A stretch of DNA of 64,000 bases. It comes from the human T2T-CHM13v2.0 reference genome, Homo sapiens. The DNA is taken from the NCBI RefSeq assembly GCF_009914755.1, contig NC_060943.1; one strand, given 5' to 3'. The translations under genes were made by a program, and so were the position numbers. The notes under the pieces are model-generated. The model was not told the origin of the DNA. It did no database searches and saw only the letters and a list, made by a program, of their open reading frames with translations. Every line of letters starts with the position of its first letter. Position 1 is the first letter of the stretch. Shown here one piece after another: positions 1 through 18,373 of the stretch.

Positions 1-990
1 AGAGACCTGTGGGATGTGATCAAGCACACAAACGTGCATACTGTAGAATCAGGAGGAGACAGAGAGAGAGAGAAAGAGAGAGGAGAAAGAAATTCTAGGA
101 AATAATGGCTGAAATCATCCCAAATTTGATGAAAAGCATTCATCTGCATAGTCAAGAGCTTAACAAATAACAAGTAGGATCAACACAAAGAGATACACAC
201 AGAGATGCATTGTAGTAAACCTGCTGAAGATACAGAGAAAATCTTAGAAACAACAAGAAAAAAACAATTTGACATGAATAAGGGAACCACAGCAGGATTT
301 ACCACTAACTTCTCCTGAGAAACAATGGTAGCCAAGGTCAGTGGGGTAACATACTCAAAGTGCTGGAACCAAGAATTCTTTTTCTTTTTCTTTTTTTTTT
401 TTTTTTTGAGACAGGGTTTCACTTTGCTGCCAAGGCTGGAGTACAGTAGCATGATCATAGCTCACTATAGTCTTGAACTCCTGGACTCATGGGATCCTCC
501 TCCTGCCTCAGCTTCCCAAGTAGCTGAGACTACCAGCACACCATCATGCCTGGCTAATTTTTTTTTTTTTCTGAGACAGGGTCTTGTTATGTTACCCAGG
601 CTCATCTTAAACTCCTGAACTCAAGTGATCCTTCTGCCTTGGCCTCCCAAAGTGCTGGAATTATAGGCATGAGCCACCAAGCCTGGCCAAGTCAAACAAG
701 AATTCTATATCCAGCAAAACTACCCTTCAAAACATGAAAAATAAATTTAAGACTTTTCCAGGCAAAAACTGAGAGAATTCATTGCTAGCAGATCTGCCCT
801 ACAAGAAATAGTAAAGAGAGTCCTTCAGGCTGAATTGAATGGACACTAAACTTAAACCCACCTGAAGAAATAAAGACCACTGGAAAATAAAATTACATGG
901 ATATATACACAGTATAAATGTATTCTTTGCTGCTCATTTTTCTCCTGACTTAAAAGACAACTGCTTAAACGAATAATTTAAAACCTATGT
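1..990 (+). mobile_element. Old L1 (L1M-type) ORF1 remnant, split by an AluJ
   Basis: Degenerate ORF1 motifs (agagacctgtggga..., ataatggctgaaa...cccaaatttgatgaaa, agaattctatatccagcaaaac...ttcaaaa); frameshifted. Confidence 0.75.
379..688 (-). mobile_element. AluJ
   Basis: Full dimer with polyT; caagaattct repeated on both flanks. Confidence 0.9.
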
Positions 991-1024
991 GTTTTATCCC
1001 TTTTAATACTATTGTAAATGCATT

Positions 1025-1702
1025 TTTTCTTTCTTTTTTTTTAAATTATACTTTAGGTTCTGAGTTACATGTTCAGAACATGCAGTTTTGTTACATAGGT
1101 ATACATGTGCCATGGTGGTTTGCTGCACCCATCAACCCATCACCTACATTAGGTATTTCTCCTAATGTTATCCCTCCACTCCCCCGACAGGCCCCAGTGT
1201 GTGATATTCCCCTCCCTGTGTCCATGTGTTCTCATTGTTCAACTCCACTTATGAGTGAGAACATGCGGTGTTTGGTTTTCTGATCTTGTGTTAGTTTGCT
1301 GAGAATGATGGTTTCCTGATTCATCCATGTCCATGCAAAGGACATGAACTCATCCTTTTTTTGTGGCTGCATAGTATTCCATGGTGCATATGTGCCATAT
1401 TTTCTTAATCTAGTCTATCATTGATGGACATTCGGGTTGGTTCCAAGTCTTTACTATTGTGAATAGTGCCACAATAAACATACGTGTACATGTGTCTTTA
1501 TCATAGAATGATTTATAATCCTTTGGGTATATGCCCAGTAATGGGATTGCTGGATCAAATGGTATTTCTAGTTCTAGATCCTTGAGGAATCACCACACTG
1601 TCTTCCACAATGGTTGAACTAATTTACACTCCCACCAACAGTGTAAAAGCATTCCTATTTTTCCACAACCTCTCCAGCATCTGTTGTTTCCTGACTTTTT
1701 AA
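1025..1702 (-). mobile_element. L1PA (about PA6-PA8) 3' end, 5'-truncated
   Basis: ttatactttaggttct...catgtgccatggtggtttgctgcacccatcaac...; characteristic L1PA 3'UTR and ORF2 end. Confidence 0.9.
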
Positions 1703-1704
1703 GA

Positions 1705-2410
1705 ATTTTTTCTTGATTTTATTTTCAGAGTGTTCATTGTTAATATATAGACTTGCAAATGATTTTTTATATTGAACTTGTCTCCTGCGACCTTAAAGAA
1801 CTCTTGTATTCATTCTGATAGCTTTTTAGTGGATTCCTTAGTGTTTTATACATAGAAGATTATGTCATTTGTAAATAGAGATAGTTTTACTTCTTCCTTT
1901 CCAATGTGGATGTCTTGTAATTCTTTTTCTTCTCTAATTTCTCTGGCCAGAACCTCCAGTATGGTGTTAAATAGAAGTGGCAAAAGCAGGGAGGCCGAGG
2001 TGGGTGGATCACGAGGGCAGGAGATCGAGACCATCCTGGCTAACACGGTGAAACCCTGTCTCTACTAAAAATACAAAAAACTAGCCGGGCATGGTGGCGG
2101 GCACCTGTAGTCCCAGCTACTTGGGAGGCTGAGGCCGGAGAATGGCGTGAACCCAGGAGGCAGAGCTTGCAGTTAGCTGAGATTGCGCCACTGCACTACA
2201 ACCTGGGTGAGAGAGCGAGACTCCATCTAAAAAAAAAAAAGAAGAGTGGCAAAAGCAGACATCTTTCTCTTTTTCCTGATCTTGGGAGGGAAAACATTCA
2301 GTCTTTCACTATTAAGTAGGATGTTAGCTGTGGGTTTTTCATAAATGTCTGGTTTCAGGTTGAGGAAGTTTTCTTCTGTTCCTAGTTTAATGGACATTTT
2401 TTATCATGAA
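1705..2410 (-). mobile_element. L1M ORF2 (RT region) fragment, split by an AluY
   Basis: Translation [23 protein letters not shown]...[19 protein letters not shown] matches the L1 RT region around the FADD motif, here decayed. Confidence 0.88.
1988..2240 (+). mobile_element. AluY, 5'-truncated
   Basis: gagatcgagaccatcctggctaacacgg, gagaatggcgtgaacc; TSD agtggcaaaagcag. Confidence 0.9.
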
Positions 2411-2789
2411 TGATAACTTCCTGAGACCAAACTGAAGAATACGTAAATGAAGGATATTGGTAACTAGATCAGATTGGTGAATTATATCTGTTGTTGAACT
2501 GATAAGGTAGCCAGAATGCTTTCTGTCATAGAGGCAAGTTGAGCCATCCCTGGATGCATTGGTATGTTAATATCAAGGAGAGAACCATAGTACATATGTT
2601 CGTCTCCACTGAAATTTGTTTGTCCCCATCTCCTTAAACCACACCCCTGCCCCATTGAATCTAGGAAGTCATAGAATTTACAAATAAATGAGAAGTTCCT
2701 AATAAAGAACTATTGTCAGACACTCTTTTATCCTTGGACTCAAGTGGGTGATCATAAACTTCAGAAATACTTAATTGTATGTCATTAAT

Positions 2790-4045
<1,256 letters not shown>

Positions 4046-4494
4046 TTTTTCAAGTTAATTGAATGAAAAATCAGTCAGTAACAGAATGACCTCAAAACCA
4101 ACAAAGAAATTGCAATGCAGAGTATTTGAGTCTGACGTCTAACAGAAACACTATAAAAAGGAAAGAATTACTACTATCCATGAGAATGTTTGGGCTTTTT
4201 CAAAATGACAATATTTTAAAGGACGTAGTTCAACATAAATCATTAGCTTATTAATATTTCTATGCCATTTTAGGTTAATATGCAAACTCAGTGTGTAATA
4301 TTTTAAGAATTCTAACGCAAAATATTGAGCCATCTGTAAATCTAAGCTGCTTTCTATGTGACTACCAAAAATCTACTCTGGTACTTTTTGCTGTAAGATA
4401 TTTGTAATTAATTTTCCCTTCACATGTATAATCTACTCCATTAAACCTAAGCTGTGAGACCCATTATTTTCTAATATCCTTCCAAGAGATCTGG

Positions 4495-4710
4495 AGGAAG
4501 GTACTAGAGTGGCGAAGGGTTCTGCCCTGGCACCCACTCGCCAGCAGCGTGACCTTGGGCACTTTTTCCATCTCAGTTTCCTGACCTGTAAATAGATTAA
4601 ATCAACAGTCTTATCCCATAGGATTTTTGAAAAACGATGAAATTAATTAATAATTCAAAGCTCTTAGAACAGTGTTGGGTACAGAGTAAGCGCCTATTAA
4701 TATTTATTGA
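4495..4710 (+). mobile_element. MIR
   Basis: gtgaccttgggca...ctcagtttcctgacctgtaaat...aaagctcttagaacagtg MIR core and 3' end. Confidence 0.75.
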
Positions 4711-4947
4711 TATTATTAATACAATTTTGACACTTAAAAGTGAGTTTGGCTTGTGTAATTATTCTTTTTACCCTCTGGTATAAAATGTTTACCCCTGATG
4801 TGGCTGACCCCTATGTGAATAGATACCTCAGCTTCTCTTTGTCTACTCTCTGCCTATTTTGAAACACATTGTGCCATCAGCAATAAAGGAAATAACTTCA
4901 CAGAGCATTAGCAGCTACTTGAACATTCCAGGCGTGGTCCCAGCTGA

Positions 4948-5930
<983 letters not shown>

Positions 5931-6274
5931 ATATTTTAATGAATAAAGAGTACCTGGTATAAATAGGCCCTCAGCAAATATCCCAAGTGAATACATTTTC
6001 CAGAAGATGTAATGGAAGGACTAAAGGAAGGCTATATTTCCCATGGTCAATCAAAACATAATAAAATTTTTATTTAAAAAATTCCATTATATCTTACATA
6101 AGACAAATTAGTTCTATTATAAAGCCATGATTGCTAAGCTCAGATAGGCCCTCAACAGCTCAGAAATTCTATTGTGTTGTCAACTTATTTTCTCATTTTC
6201 CATGACAATTATTCCAAATCTTCTCTCCTCTTCATCCAGCCCCTCCTTTTCCTACACTCCCAGTAGATAAATCC

Positions 6275-6830
6275 ATATATCAGTAATCTATTTCTGTATA
6301 ACAAAGTACTCCAAAACTTAGTGGTTTAAAACATTAAAAGCATTTATTATCTCACAGTTTCTGTTGCTCAGGAATCCAGGCATAAATTAGCTGGATGCCT
6401 TTGGCTCAAGATCTCTCATCAGGTTTCAGTGAAGCTGTCAGTGAGGTCTGTGATCTCATCTGAAGGCTCAACGGGGGTAGGATCCTCTTCCAAGCTTACT
6501 CACATGGTTGTTGGTAGTGTTCAGTTCCTTGTAAGTGGTCAGTTAGAGGCTTCCCTTAGTTTCTTGCCTTGTGAGCCTTTATTTAGGATTGCACATGACA
6601 TGAAAGCTGGCTTTCCTCCAGGTGCACATGCACACAAGAAAGTCCAAGCCAGAGGCCACTGTCCTTAGATTCTCTAATAGCAGAAGTGGCATCTCATCAC
6701 TCCACCATGTTGTATTTGTTAGAAGCCAGTCACTAAGGCCAGACCACTCTTAAAGGAGAGGATTCCACAGGGAATGAACACCAGGAGACAGGGAGTCTTG
6801 TGAGATCTTAGAGTCTGCCTAGTGCACACC
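6275..6830 (-). mobile_element. MLT1F-like MaLR LTR inserted in L2
   Basis: ccaaaacttagtggtttaaaac...atttattatctcacagtttctg...tcttccaagcttactcacatggttgttgg. Confidence 0.75.
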
Positions 6831-7783
6831 ACTTCCAATTTTACAGAGAAAATAGAGGCCATGGCATTAGAACTTTCTCATCTTCTACCCATTCATCTGC
6901 ACCACCCTGTCATCCTTTTCTGCTGTAGCAGTGGAGATGCGATACTTCCACCTGTGCTTTGGTTCCCATTTCGATCCTTTTTCTCAGATTATTGAGAGCC
7001 AGTCTGAGAGGGGTAAATTGATTATTACCCCTTTGTTGCACAGTCAACCTCTCAACTCAACTGCATCATTCCCAACAGCCTTTCAGTGGACTCAAGACTC
7101 TTCCCACAGAAGCAAACCAGCAAAAACACAAACAAAACAAAACCAAACCTCCACTTCCCTTCTCTTTGCAATATGTATCATTTTATTTATCTCCTTTATT
7201 TATTTTTCCAAATACCCTCCCTCCTCAAAAGAAAAAAAAAGCTGTCTGTTGTCACTTGTCAGTACACTCCAAGATAGCTTTTGGCAGAATTACTTGACTA
7301 ACTGTTGCTGGTGTTGCCGGTGACTTCATGAAACTCAATGAACATTTTTTAGTCCCTGTGTTCTCTTAATTTTGAATGCTGGTGACTGCTCCATCCTTTC
7401 TGAAACCCCCTCTTCCCTTACTTTCTAAGACAATGCTCTCCTGTTTCAATTCCTGTTTCTGTAGCTGCCCCTTCTCTAGTGCTTGTGTGGGATTACCTTC
7501 TCCTATTCATCCCTTTGACGTTGGAGCTCCTCGGGGCTTGGTCCTAAGATTTCCCTTCTCACTCTGATTTTCTCTTTTTTGGTGACCTTACCCAAGTCCT
7601 TGTTTCAACTACCATCTCAATGCATATGACTCACCAACTGACTTCTGTAGCCCAGAATTGTGTACATATTGACCCATTTGACATTTCTTCTTGATGTCTC
7701 CAAGGTACTTCAAACTCAATATGTTCAAAACTGAACTCATTATTTTCACCCCAAACCTGTTTTTTTTTCCTTGTGTTCTCTAG

Positions 7784-8215
7784 TGTATTTGTTTCCTAGG
7801 GCTTACTGTAACAAATTACCACAAACTCAGTGGCTTAAAACAACAGAAATATATTCTCTCACAGTTCTAGAGACAGGAAGTCTGAAACCAAGTTTCAAGA
7901 GTTGGCCTCCTTCCAAAGGCCAGACTGAAGGGAGGATCCTTCCTTTGTTCTTCCAACTTCTGGTGGCTCCACTGGTTCTTGTCTGGCAGCCACATAACTT
8001 CAATCTGTTTCTCCATCTTCATGTGGCTTTCTCTTCTCCTCTTGTGTTTCAAATCTCCCTCTGCATTTCTCTTAGAAGGACTCAGAATAACCCAGGATGA
8101 TCTCACCTCAAAATCCTTAATTACATCTGCAAAGACCCCTTTTTAAAAATAAGGCCACACTCACAGGTTCTGGGTGGACATGTCTCTTGGGAGGCCACCG
8201 TTCAACCCAGCTCCA
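7784..8215 (-). mobile_element. MLT1B/C LTR
   Basis: tgtaacaaattaccacaaactcagtggcttaaaacaacagaaat...ttaattacatctgcaaagaccc. Confidence 0.85.
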
Positions 8216-8488
8216 TGAGTGGCACCTTTATCCCGTTGTTCAGGCCACAGGAACCTCATAACTGTGTTTGTGCTATCTTTTCACTTGTTTCCAGTATCCA
8301 AAGCATCCGCAAGTTATTTTAATTCCTCAGCATCTCAGGTATCTGTCCACTTCTCCCTCTTTACCACTACCTTGCTCAAGCTATCATCACCTATCACCTA
8401 GAGTCTGTAACAGCCTCCTGTCTATCCACAGCCACTCCTGCATCCTACTGTGCATTCTGCGCACTGTAGACTTGTTTCAAAATGCAAA
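8119..8488 (+). repeat. Donor copy of a ~370-bp local direct duplication
   Basis: Aligns to 9849-10213 with about 15 substitutions and one 5-bp indel. Confidence 0.95.
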
Positions 8489-9251
8489 TCTGATCATGCT
8501 GCCCCACTCTGCCTTATCTCCACGTGTTCATTGTTCTTAGGAAACAGACAAGTGTAACACAGTCTATATTAAAATCAAAATGAAATGAGGATAAGCTGCA
8601 AACTGTGAAGCTTTTGGGATGGTAATACATACCAGGCAGGGACATAGTTGGTAAAATAAGAAGAATACCTACAAGAATGGATGACTTTGAACTTGACCTG
8701 CAACAATTTAATATAATGACCTTCCTAGGTCCCTTCTCTACTCTATAGAAAACAAAGCCACTGGGAATTGATGCTAAAAAGCATCTGTCTCCCTTCAACA
8801 CTCATCATGCAGTGAATTTTGAGACGGCTGGGATCCCCTCAGAGTATTTCTGCCAGCAGCATTTAAACTTGTCAAGCCTTCTTTCTCCATCCTCATCTTT
8901 TCTTATAACTCTTCTGCTGTGGTACCTGAATGTGAGCTGTCCAATTGGTTTCAAAATGAACGGACTCCAAGTTACCTACTTTTATATTACTGTCACTACA
9001 AAGCAGTCCTCTCCAATTTATGTTCTAAAAATAGCTAAGTGGAGACCTTATAGGTCTGATGAAAGCAAATCTGTAGCATAAAAAAATAAGGTGTTCACCA
9101 GTCAATCATAAACCACCCTCTGGGCACCTATAATGTATTCAGCACTGCGCCAGTTGCACTCCCCTTTAGCAAGTGTTTTGGCCACAAAACAGGGAGATGG
9201 AGTGCAAAGTGATTTTCACGAGTAAAATATTCCCTCCATAATTTCTGTTCT

Positions 9252-10350
9252 TAGGATAGGCTTGATTCTGTTGCCATAATGAACAGCCCTAAAACCTTGG
9301 CAGCTTAAAACAATAAAGGGTTATTTCCACTCTTGCTACTTATCCAGCAGGTTGGCTGGGACTTTCCATCATGCTGTCTTCCCTCCTAGACCAGCTGATG
9401 AAGCAGCCACTGTTGGGACATGCCTGGTCACTATGGCGGAGAGGGAAATGGCTCTTGAAGGGCTTGCACCAGTAATTAAATGCCCTGGCCAGGAAGTGAG
9501 ATGTGTCTCTTTGTCTGTCAGCTCACTGGCTAGAATATGGCCCCACTTAACCATAAGAGGCCCAGAAAATGCATTCTATGATCTTCTCAGACAGAGAGAG
9601 CACTGGAAATATTTGCAAACAGCACTAAAGATGACCACAGTCTGCCCTCTGGTCACTAAATATTTGGACTACCCTTCTTTCCAGCAAGCAAAATATACTC
9701 ACCACCCTCCCCAAGAGAAATAATCCAAAAGTTCCACCCAATGAGGGCATCAGACTTGAAGTCCCAAAGTGCTGGGTGGGGCATGAGCATCTCTACTGCA
9801 GGTCCAAGAAGGCACTCTCCATCCAGAGAGAGTATCTGTCCATTCTAAAATTACATCTGCAAAGACCCCTTTTTTAAAATAATACTCACAGATTCTGGGT
9901 GGACATATCTCTTGGGAGGCCACCGTTCAACCCAGCTCCATGAATGGCACCTTTATCCCGTTGTTCAGGCCACAGGAATCTCATAACTGTGTTCGTGCTA
10001 TCTTTTCACTTGTTTCCAGTATCCAAAGCATCCACAAGTTATTTTAATTCCTCAGCATCTCAGGTACCTGTCCACTTCTCCCTCTTTACCACTACCTTAC
10101 TCAAGCTATCATCACCTTTCATCTAGAGTCTGTAACAGCCTCCTGTCTATCCACAGCCACTCCTGCATCCTACTGTGCATTCTGCACACTGTAGACTTGT
10201 TTGAAAATACAAAACTAAGCTAAAAGCCAAGTTATCTGTCCCACCTCCCAAGCTATTGCCCCACTCCCAATATACAAAAATAGAACAGTTGTCGGCTCAC
10301 CGCCATCAGCACACCTTCAGAGAGGAGAAGGATGGAAGGCACTCAGACAC
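9252..10350 (-). mobile_element. MLT1K/L-like LTR (to about 9639) plus MLT1 internal sequence, interrupted by the duplicated segment
   Basis: LTR ends ...agcactaaagatgaccaca; int motifs atccagaga...|...ctaaaagccaagttatctgtccca continue across the insert. Confidence 0.65.
9849..10213 (+). repeat. Inserted copy of 8119-8488
   Basis: Direct repeat 1730 bp downstream; contains the MLT1/L2 junction of the donor. Confidence 0.95.
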
Positions 10351-10379
10351 TGACTCTATTTTCCCTTCTCTGTCGTATT

Positions 10380-10635
10380 TATTGCAGTGAACTTTTACAT
10401 AGTGTCACGTATCTGTCAAGAATGCCCGTAAGCACGGTACATATATTAATTGATTTAACCCTCACTCTACAGCACTATGGGAAAGGTACTGTTGTAAACC
10501 CCATATTCAGATGAGAAAACTCCAACAACTTATTTGTGCAAGGCCCCCAGCTAGTCCACGCTACAGCTGGGCTTCTGCCTGAAGTAGCCGAGCTCCAGAG
10601 TCTGCTGCTAACCATTATACCACACTACCTCTGCA
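10380..10635 (-). mobile_element. MIR
   Basis: ccccatattcagatgagaaaact...aaggcccccagctagt...ctccagagtctg...taaccattatac. Confidence 0.7.
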
Positions 10636-11242
10636 GAATGGCTTCGTCTTTAGAGATTCATTTACAAGTAAAATTCCAAATTAAACTTGCAACTTAAAAG
10701 TGGAAAAAATGCTTCTCATGAGAAGTACATCTGAATCTTGAAGGGAACAGACTGGTTCCTGGAGTTGCCAGCACCCACCTCTCAATGTGCACTTGCAAAC
10801 TCCCCAGTGGGTTGCTGTGTGCACCCAGGAGGAGCCTGTGGGACAGGCACACCTCTCAGAGTTGGGGTCCCACTCAAATGTGGGATGCTCCCAGGTGGCT
10901 GTGTCAGAAAAGCTCCAGGTAGAAAGGACTGCAGCTTTGCTCTACTGCCAGCCAAGGAAACCACCTGTGAACAAGTACACACTCATGGGAGTGGAAAGGG
11001 AAATGGACTTTCTGAATCCAACACAGGCTGTGTTTTGAAGACCGCTTCATGAGTCATTTATGATTTTATGGTTGTAATTTCCCACCACTTAGACCTAATA
11101 ATTTTGTCTATTTAGACCCAAGGATCACCACAAACCCCATTCCTTATATTCATAAGTTCTTTGTTTTTATTCTTCTTTAGATATGTATTCCATTAACTAA
11201 AGCGTGCATTTTTAAGACACACCCATGAGTTCCTGACTCTAA

Positions 11243-11621
<379 letters not shown>

Positions 11622-11931
11622 ATCACCTTTAGTTTTCAAGCAAAGAAACAGACAACCTGAAATTTCCCATAGTAAGTGGATCTTATCCTGCCCTGATGCT
11701 TACAGAATTTGTCTTGGTCCTGATTGCTTTATTCTGATTTGATTTGTTTTGTTATAGTAAGAGAATCCTTTTAGTGTATAATTTCCAGTCGTCCTTCTAT
11801 TTTATCTATAAATTTGGTTTTGTTACGCTTGTTTTGTTTTTCTCAGGAAAACCCACTGCGTGTGGTATCATTACTGTCGGTTTCCATCTCCAGCACCGGA
11901 TCACGGCTGCCCCCCCAACCTCTGCCCCTAG

Positions 11932-12303
<372 letters not shown>

Positions 12304-12499
12304 AGGCGGTTTTCATTTTACAAAGATTTTTCCCTCAACGAATTCTCCAATATCTACTTTTCCCCTCTTTCTGTTGTTTAATGCTCTTGTCTTTGACCAC
12401 TTGGGTCTCTTGTTTGAACTCTTGTTTCGTAAAGATGTCCTCTTTAATTTCTTTGAGGGATTATAGAATTCATAACTAAAGGTTTCTTCAATTATATGA

Positions 12500-12921
<422 letters not shown>

Positions 12922-12924
12922 TTG

Positions 12925-13690
12925 TGCCTTTGGTGTTGATATTAGATTAATGCTGGCCCCAAAGAACGAATGATGAAGTGTTTCCTCCACTTCTATTTTC
13001 TGGAAGAGATTGCGAGGAACTGGTATTACTTTTTCCTTAAATGTTTGATAGAAGTCATCAGTGAGATTTTAGACCATCTATGTGTGGTGCTTTCTTTCCT
13101 TTTTTACTTGAAGGTTATTGTTGATTCAATTTCATTTATGTATATAGGGCTAATTAGGTTATCTCTTTCACCTTGTGTGAGTTTTGGTAGACTGTGTCTT
13201 TCCTGGACATCCACATGCACAAAAATGTCCCTAGAAACAGATCTTATACCTTTCACAAAACGTTTTTTAATTTAATTGTTTTTGAGATGGAGTCTCACTC
13301 TGTTGCCCAGGCTAGAGTGCATCACCCTGATCACGGCTCACTGCAGTCTCTGCTGCCAGGGCTGAAGCAATCCTTCCACCTTAGGCTCCCAAGTATCTGG
13401 GACCACAGCAATGTGTCACATACCTGGCTAATTTGTAAATTATTTGTAGAGGGTGTCACTATGTTGCCCTGGCTGGTCTCAAACTCCTGGGTTCAAGTGA
13501 TTCTCCAGCCTCAGCTTCCCAAAGTGCTGGGATTACAGGCGTGAGCCACCTCTCCCGGCCCACAAAAATTAAATGGATCATAGCCCTAAATGTAAAACTA
13601 TAAAACTTCTAGAAGAAGACATGGAAGAAAATATCTTTGACCTAGAATCTGGTGATAAGTTTTTTGTTACAACACCAAATTCATGTCATT
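12925..13690. mobile_element. L1M ORF2 pieces in opposite orientations (minus 12925-13202; plus 13203-13690), with an AluJ (minus, 13265-13560)
   Basis: Minus piece resembles pre-RT ORF2; plus piece has ctggacatccacatgca...aaaactataaaacttctagaagaa. Confidence 0.7.
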
Positions 13691-13743
13691 GATACATATG
13701 TGCACACGGCTGTTGTCCAGAGAGGCAAGAAACAAGAGATTGA

Positions 13744-14046
<303 letters not shown>

Positions 14047-14489
14047 GATTGAAGCACCCCTCGGAGCCCCTTCTGTCAGCTATAATTCCTTACTCTGTCT
14101 GCCTGCACATTCATTGAAGACAAATCTGAAAACTAAACAGAAATAAACCCTTAAGCTCCAGACCGTTTACATACCGAAAGCATGTTATTCAAAGCACTAG
14201 GCTATCAAATGGATGTCACATCCAATTTGTTTAAACAGACACAATATGTGAATAATGGTGGACAAATATATCGTTGGACAAGTTTAGAGTCATAGATTTC
14301 TTTTATCCTAAAGTCACAAAAGCTCAAGTTTAACTCTAAACAAACAAAACTGTGAATTGAAAAAAAAAACTTTGGCCTTACTCAAGAGATTTTTCTGTTG
14401 AATTTCCTCCAATAGTCAGTAATGGATAGATTAAATCTTCAGAAAAATAAAAAAAGTTTGTGTGTTTAAAGCAAGATGATTTCTTTCTT

Positions 14490-15258
14490 TGTCAATATTT
14501 TTTATTTCAATAAGCTTTTGGAGTACAAGTAGTTTTTGGTTACATGGATGAATTGCATAGTGGTGAATTGTGAGATTTTAGTCCATTCATCACACAAGTA
14601 GTGTACATTGTACCCAATATGTAGTTTTTAGTCTCCCACCTCCCTCCTATCCTCCCCATTCTTAGCCTCCAAAGTCTATTTTACCCCTCTGTATGCTGTT
14701 TCATATCCACAGCTTAGCTCTTCCTTTTTTTGTTTTTTTGAGATGGAGTCTTGCTCTGCCGCCCAGACTGGAGTGCAGTGGTGCATTCCCGGCTTACTGA
14801 AACCTCCGCCTCCCAGGTTCAAGCAATTCTCTTTCCTCAGCCTCCTGAGTAGCTGGGATTACAGGTGTGTGCCACCACGCCCAAATGATTTTTGTATTTT
14901 TTAAGCAGAGATGGGGCTTCACCATGTTGGCCAGGCTGGTCTCGAACTCCTGACTTCAAGTGATCCGCCTGCCTACCTTGGCCCCCCAAAGTGCTGGGAT
15001 TACAGGCGTGAGCCACCGTGCCGTGCCTTAGCTCACACTTATAAGTGAGAACATATGATATTCAGTTTTCTGTTCCTGAGTTACTACACGTAGGACAATG
15101 GCCTCCAGCTCCATCTAAGTTGCTATAAAAGACGTTATTTTATTCCTTTTTATGGCTGAATAGTATTCCATAATGTATGTATGCCACATTTTCTTTATCC
15201 ACTCATTGGCTGATGGGCACTTAGGTTGGTTCCATATCTTTGCAATGGTGAATTGGGT
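14490..15258 (-). mobile_element. L1PB/late L1PA 3' end with nested AluS (14722-15027)
   Basis: L1 TSD caagatgattt; Alu TSD cttagctc. Confidence 0.85.
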
Positions 15259-15326
15259 AAAACAAGATGATTTTTGTTAATAGAGTTGAATGTTCTCATG
15301 GGGAGCAGTTAGAAAACGGGTCAAGT

Positions 15327-15779
<453 letters not shown>

Positions 15780-16164
15780 TAGTGAAGAAAGACGCCAATG
15801 CGTGTATCAGTACATTGGTCTCAATAAACAGATTATATCCCTAATGGCCTTAGCTGGGACACGGGAGGAAGGAATTGCTGCTAAGGGTTTTACCTTGCAG
15901 GAGGGAGCAAAGTGGAAACTGATGAACTCTAAGTCTCAGTAGAATTTCACCATTCTATTGGATCATTGGTCCAACACAACTGAATCATCAATCCCAAGGA
16001 AACCCAGATCACCATTTACTTGGGTCACTCTCCTCCCAGCAGTGAGAGGTTGTCTGCACCATCTGGAAAGGTAAGATGTAGATGTGATGTAGTCTGCTGA
16101 TGAGACTTCAACAGTTGTGCTTTCCAGACCACTGAAAACCCAAAGTATTATGGCGGAACCAGTA

Positions 16165-16701
16165 TAGCAGTTTCCTCTTATCCACAGTTTCACTCTCTGG
16201 GGTTTCAGTTACCCACAGTCAACTGCAGTTTGAAAATATTACATGGAAAATTCCAGAAATAAGTTTTAAAATGTGCACTCTTCTGAGTGGCATGATAAAA
16301 TCTCACATTGCCATGCTTCATCTTGCCTGGACACAAAACAGCCATTAGTTCAGTGTAATCACACAGCCTACGCTACCTGCCAGTTAGTCACCTAGGAGCT
16401 GTCTGGGTTCTCAAACCAACTATCTCAGTATTGCCGTGTTTGTGTTCAGGTAGCCCTTATTTTAGTAAATAATGGCCCTAAAGTACAAGAGGGGTGATGC
16501 TGGCATATTGTTATAATTGTTCTATTTTATTATGAGTTATTGTTATTAACATATTACTGCAACTAATTTATAAGTTAAACATTATCATAGGCATGTATGT
16601 ATAGGAAAGCATACTATCTGTAGGGTTTGATAATATCCACAATTCCAAGCATCCATTGGGGGTCTTGGAATATCTCCCTTGCAGATAAGAGGAAACTACT
16701 G
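16165..16701 (+). mobile_element. MER44B (Tigger-derived DNA transposon), full length
   Basis: TIRs tagcagtttcctcttatc / gataagaggaaactactg; TA target duplication; ~540 bp. Confidence 0.85.
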
Positions 16702-16747
16702 TACCTGGCACAAAAACCTTCTTTTGAAAATTAAACTAAAGGCATGC

Positions 16748-17122
16748 TGTATTACTCTGTTCTCATGCTGCCAATAAAGACTTACCAGAGACTGGGTAAT
16801 TTATAAAGGAAAGAGGTTTAATTGACTCACAGCTCTGCAGGGCTGGGGAGGCCTCAGAAAACTTACAATCATGGCAGAAGGGGAAGCAAACATGTCCTTC
16901 TTCACATGGCAGCAGCAAGGAGAAGTGCAGAACAAAGTAGGGGAAAGCTCCTTAAAAAACCATCAGATCTCATGAGAATTCACGATCACAAGAACAGCAG
17001 CATGGGAGTAACTGCCCCTGTGATTCGGTTACCTCCCGCCGGGTACCTCCCACAACATATGGGGATTATGGGAACGATGATTCAAGATGAGATTTGTGTA
17101 GGGACACAGCCAAACCATATCA
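16748..17122 (-). mobile_element. THE1 (B/C) solo LTR
   Basis: tgtatt...ccaaaccatatca termini; perfect 5-bp TSD catgc (16743-16747, 17123-17127). Confidence 0.92.
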
Positions 17123-17383
17123 CATGCACAACCTTTTACTTAGGTGAGTTCTGTTGTATCCAAAGCTATTCAAGGTGATTATTACTAGTACCATGCCTTC
17201 TGTGTTTTCTGGACCGAATTCACACTAGAATCCTCTTACTCAGCATAGAGCCAATTTCAGCATTGTCCTGCCTCAGCCACTTCCAATACTGCATATAGAA
17301 ATACCCATGCACCCTGAAGAGCCTTTCACAAGGCTCTCTCCTGATACTTAATGACACAGGGCCATTTTCTCTTCATTAAATCA

Positions 17384-18373
<990 letters not shown>

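Larger units (their letters stand above)
6830..8540 (+). mobile_element. L2 fragments, interrupted by an MLT1 LTR at 7784-8215
   Basis: ttcaaactcaatatgttcaaaactgaactcat, aatgcaaatctgatcatg and other L2 ORF2 motifs. Confidence 0.65.

Noticed and set aside
15960-16080. Strong donor-like AAG|GTAAGA near 16070
   Set aside because: No convincing upstream acceptor or reading frame; isolated splice motifs are common (likewise acceptor-like sites near 33699, 52812 and 58768)
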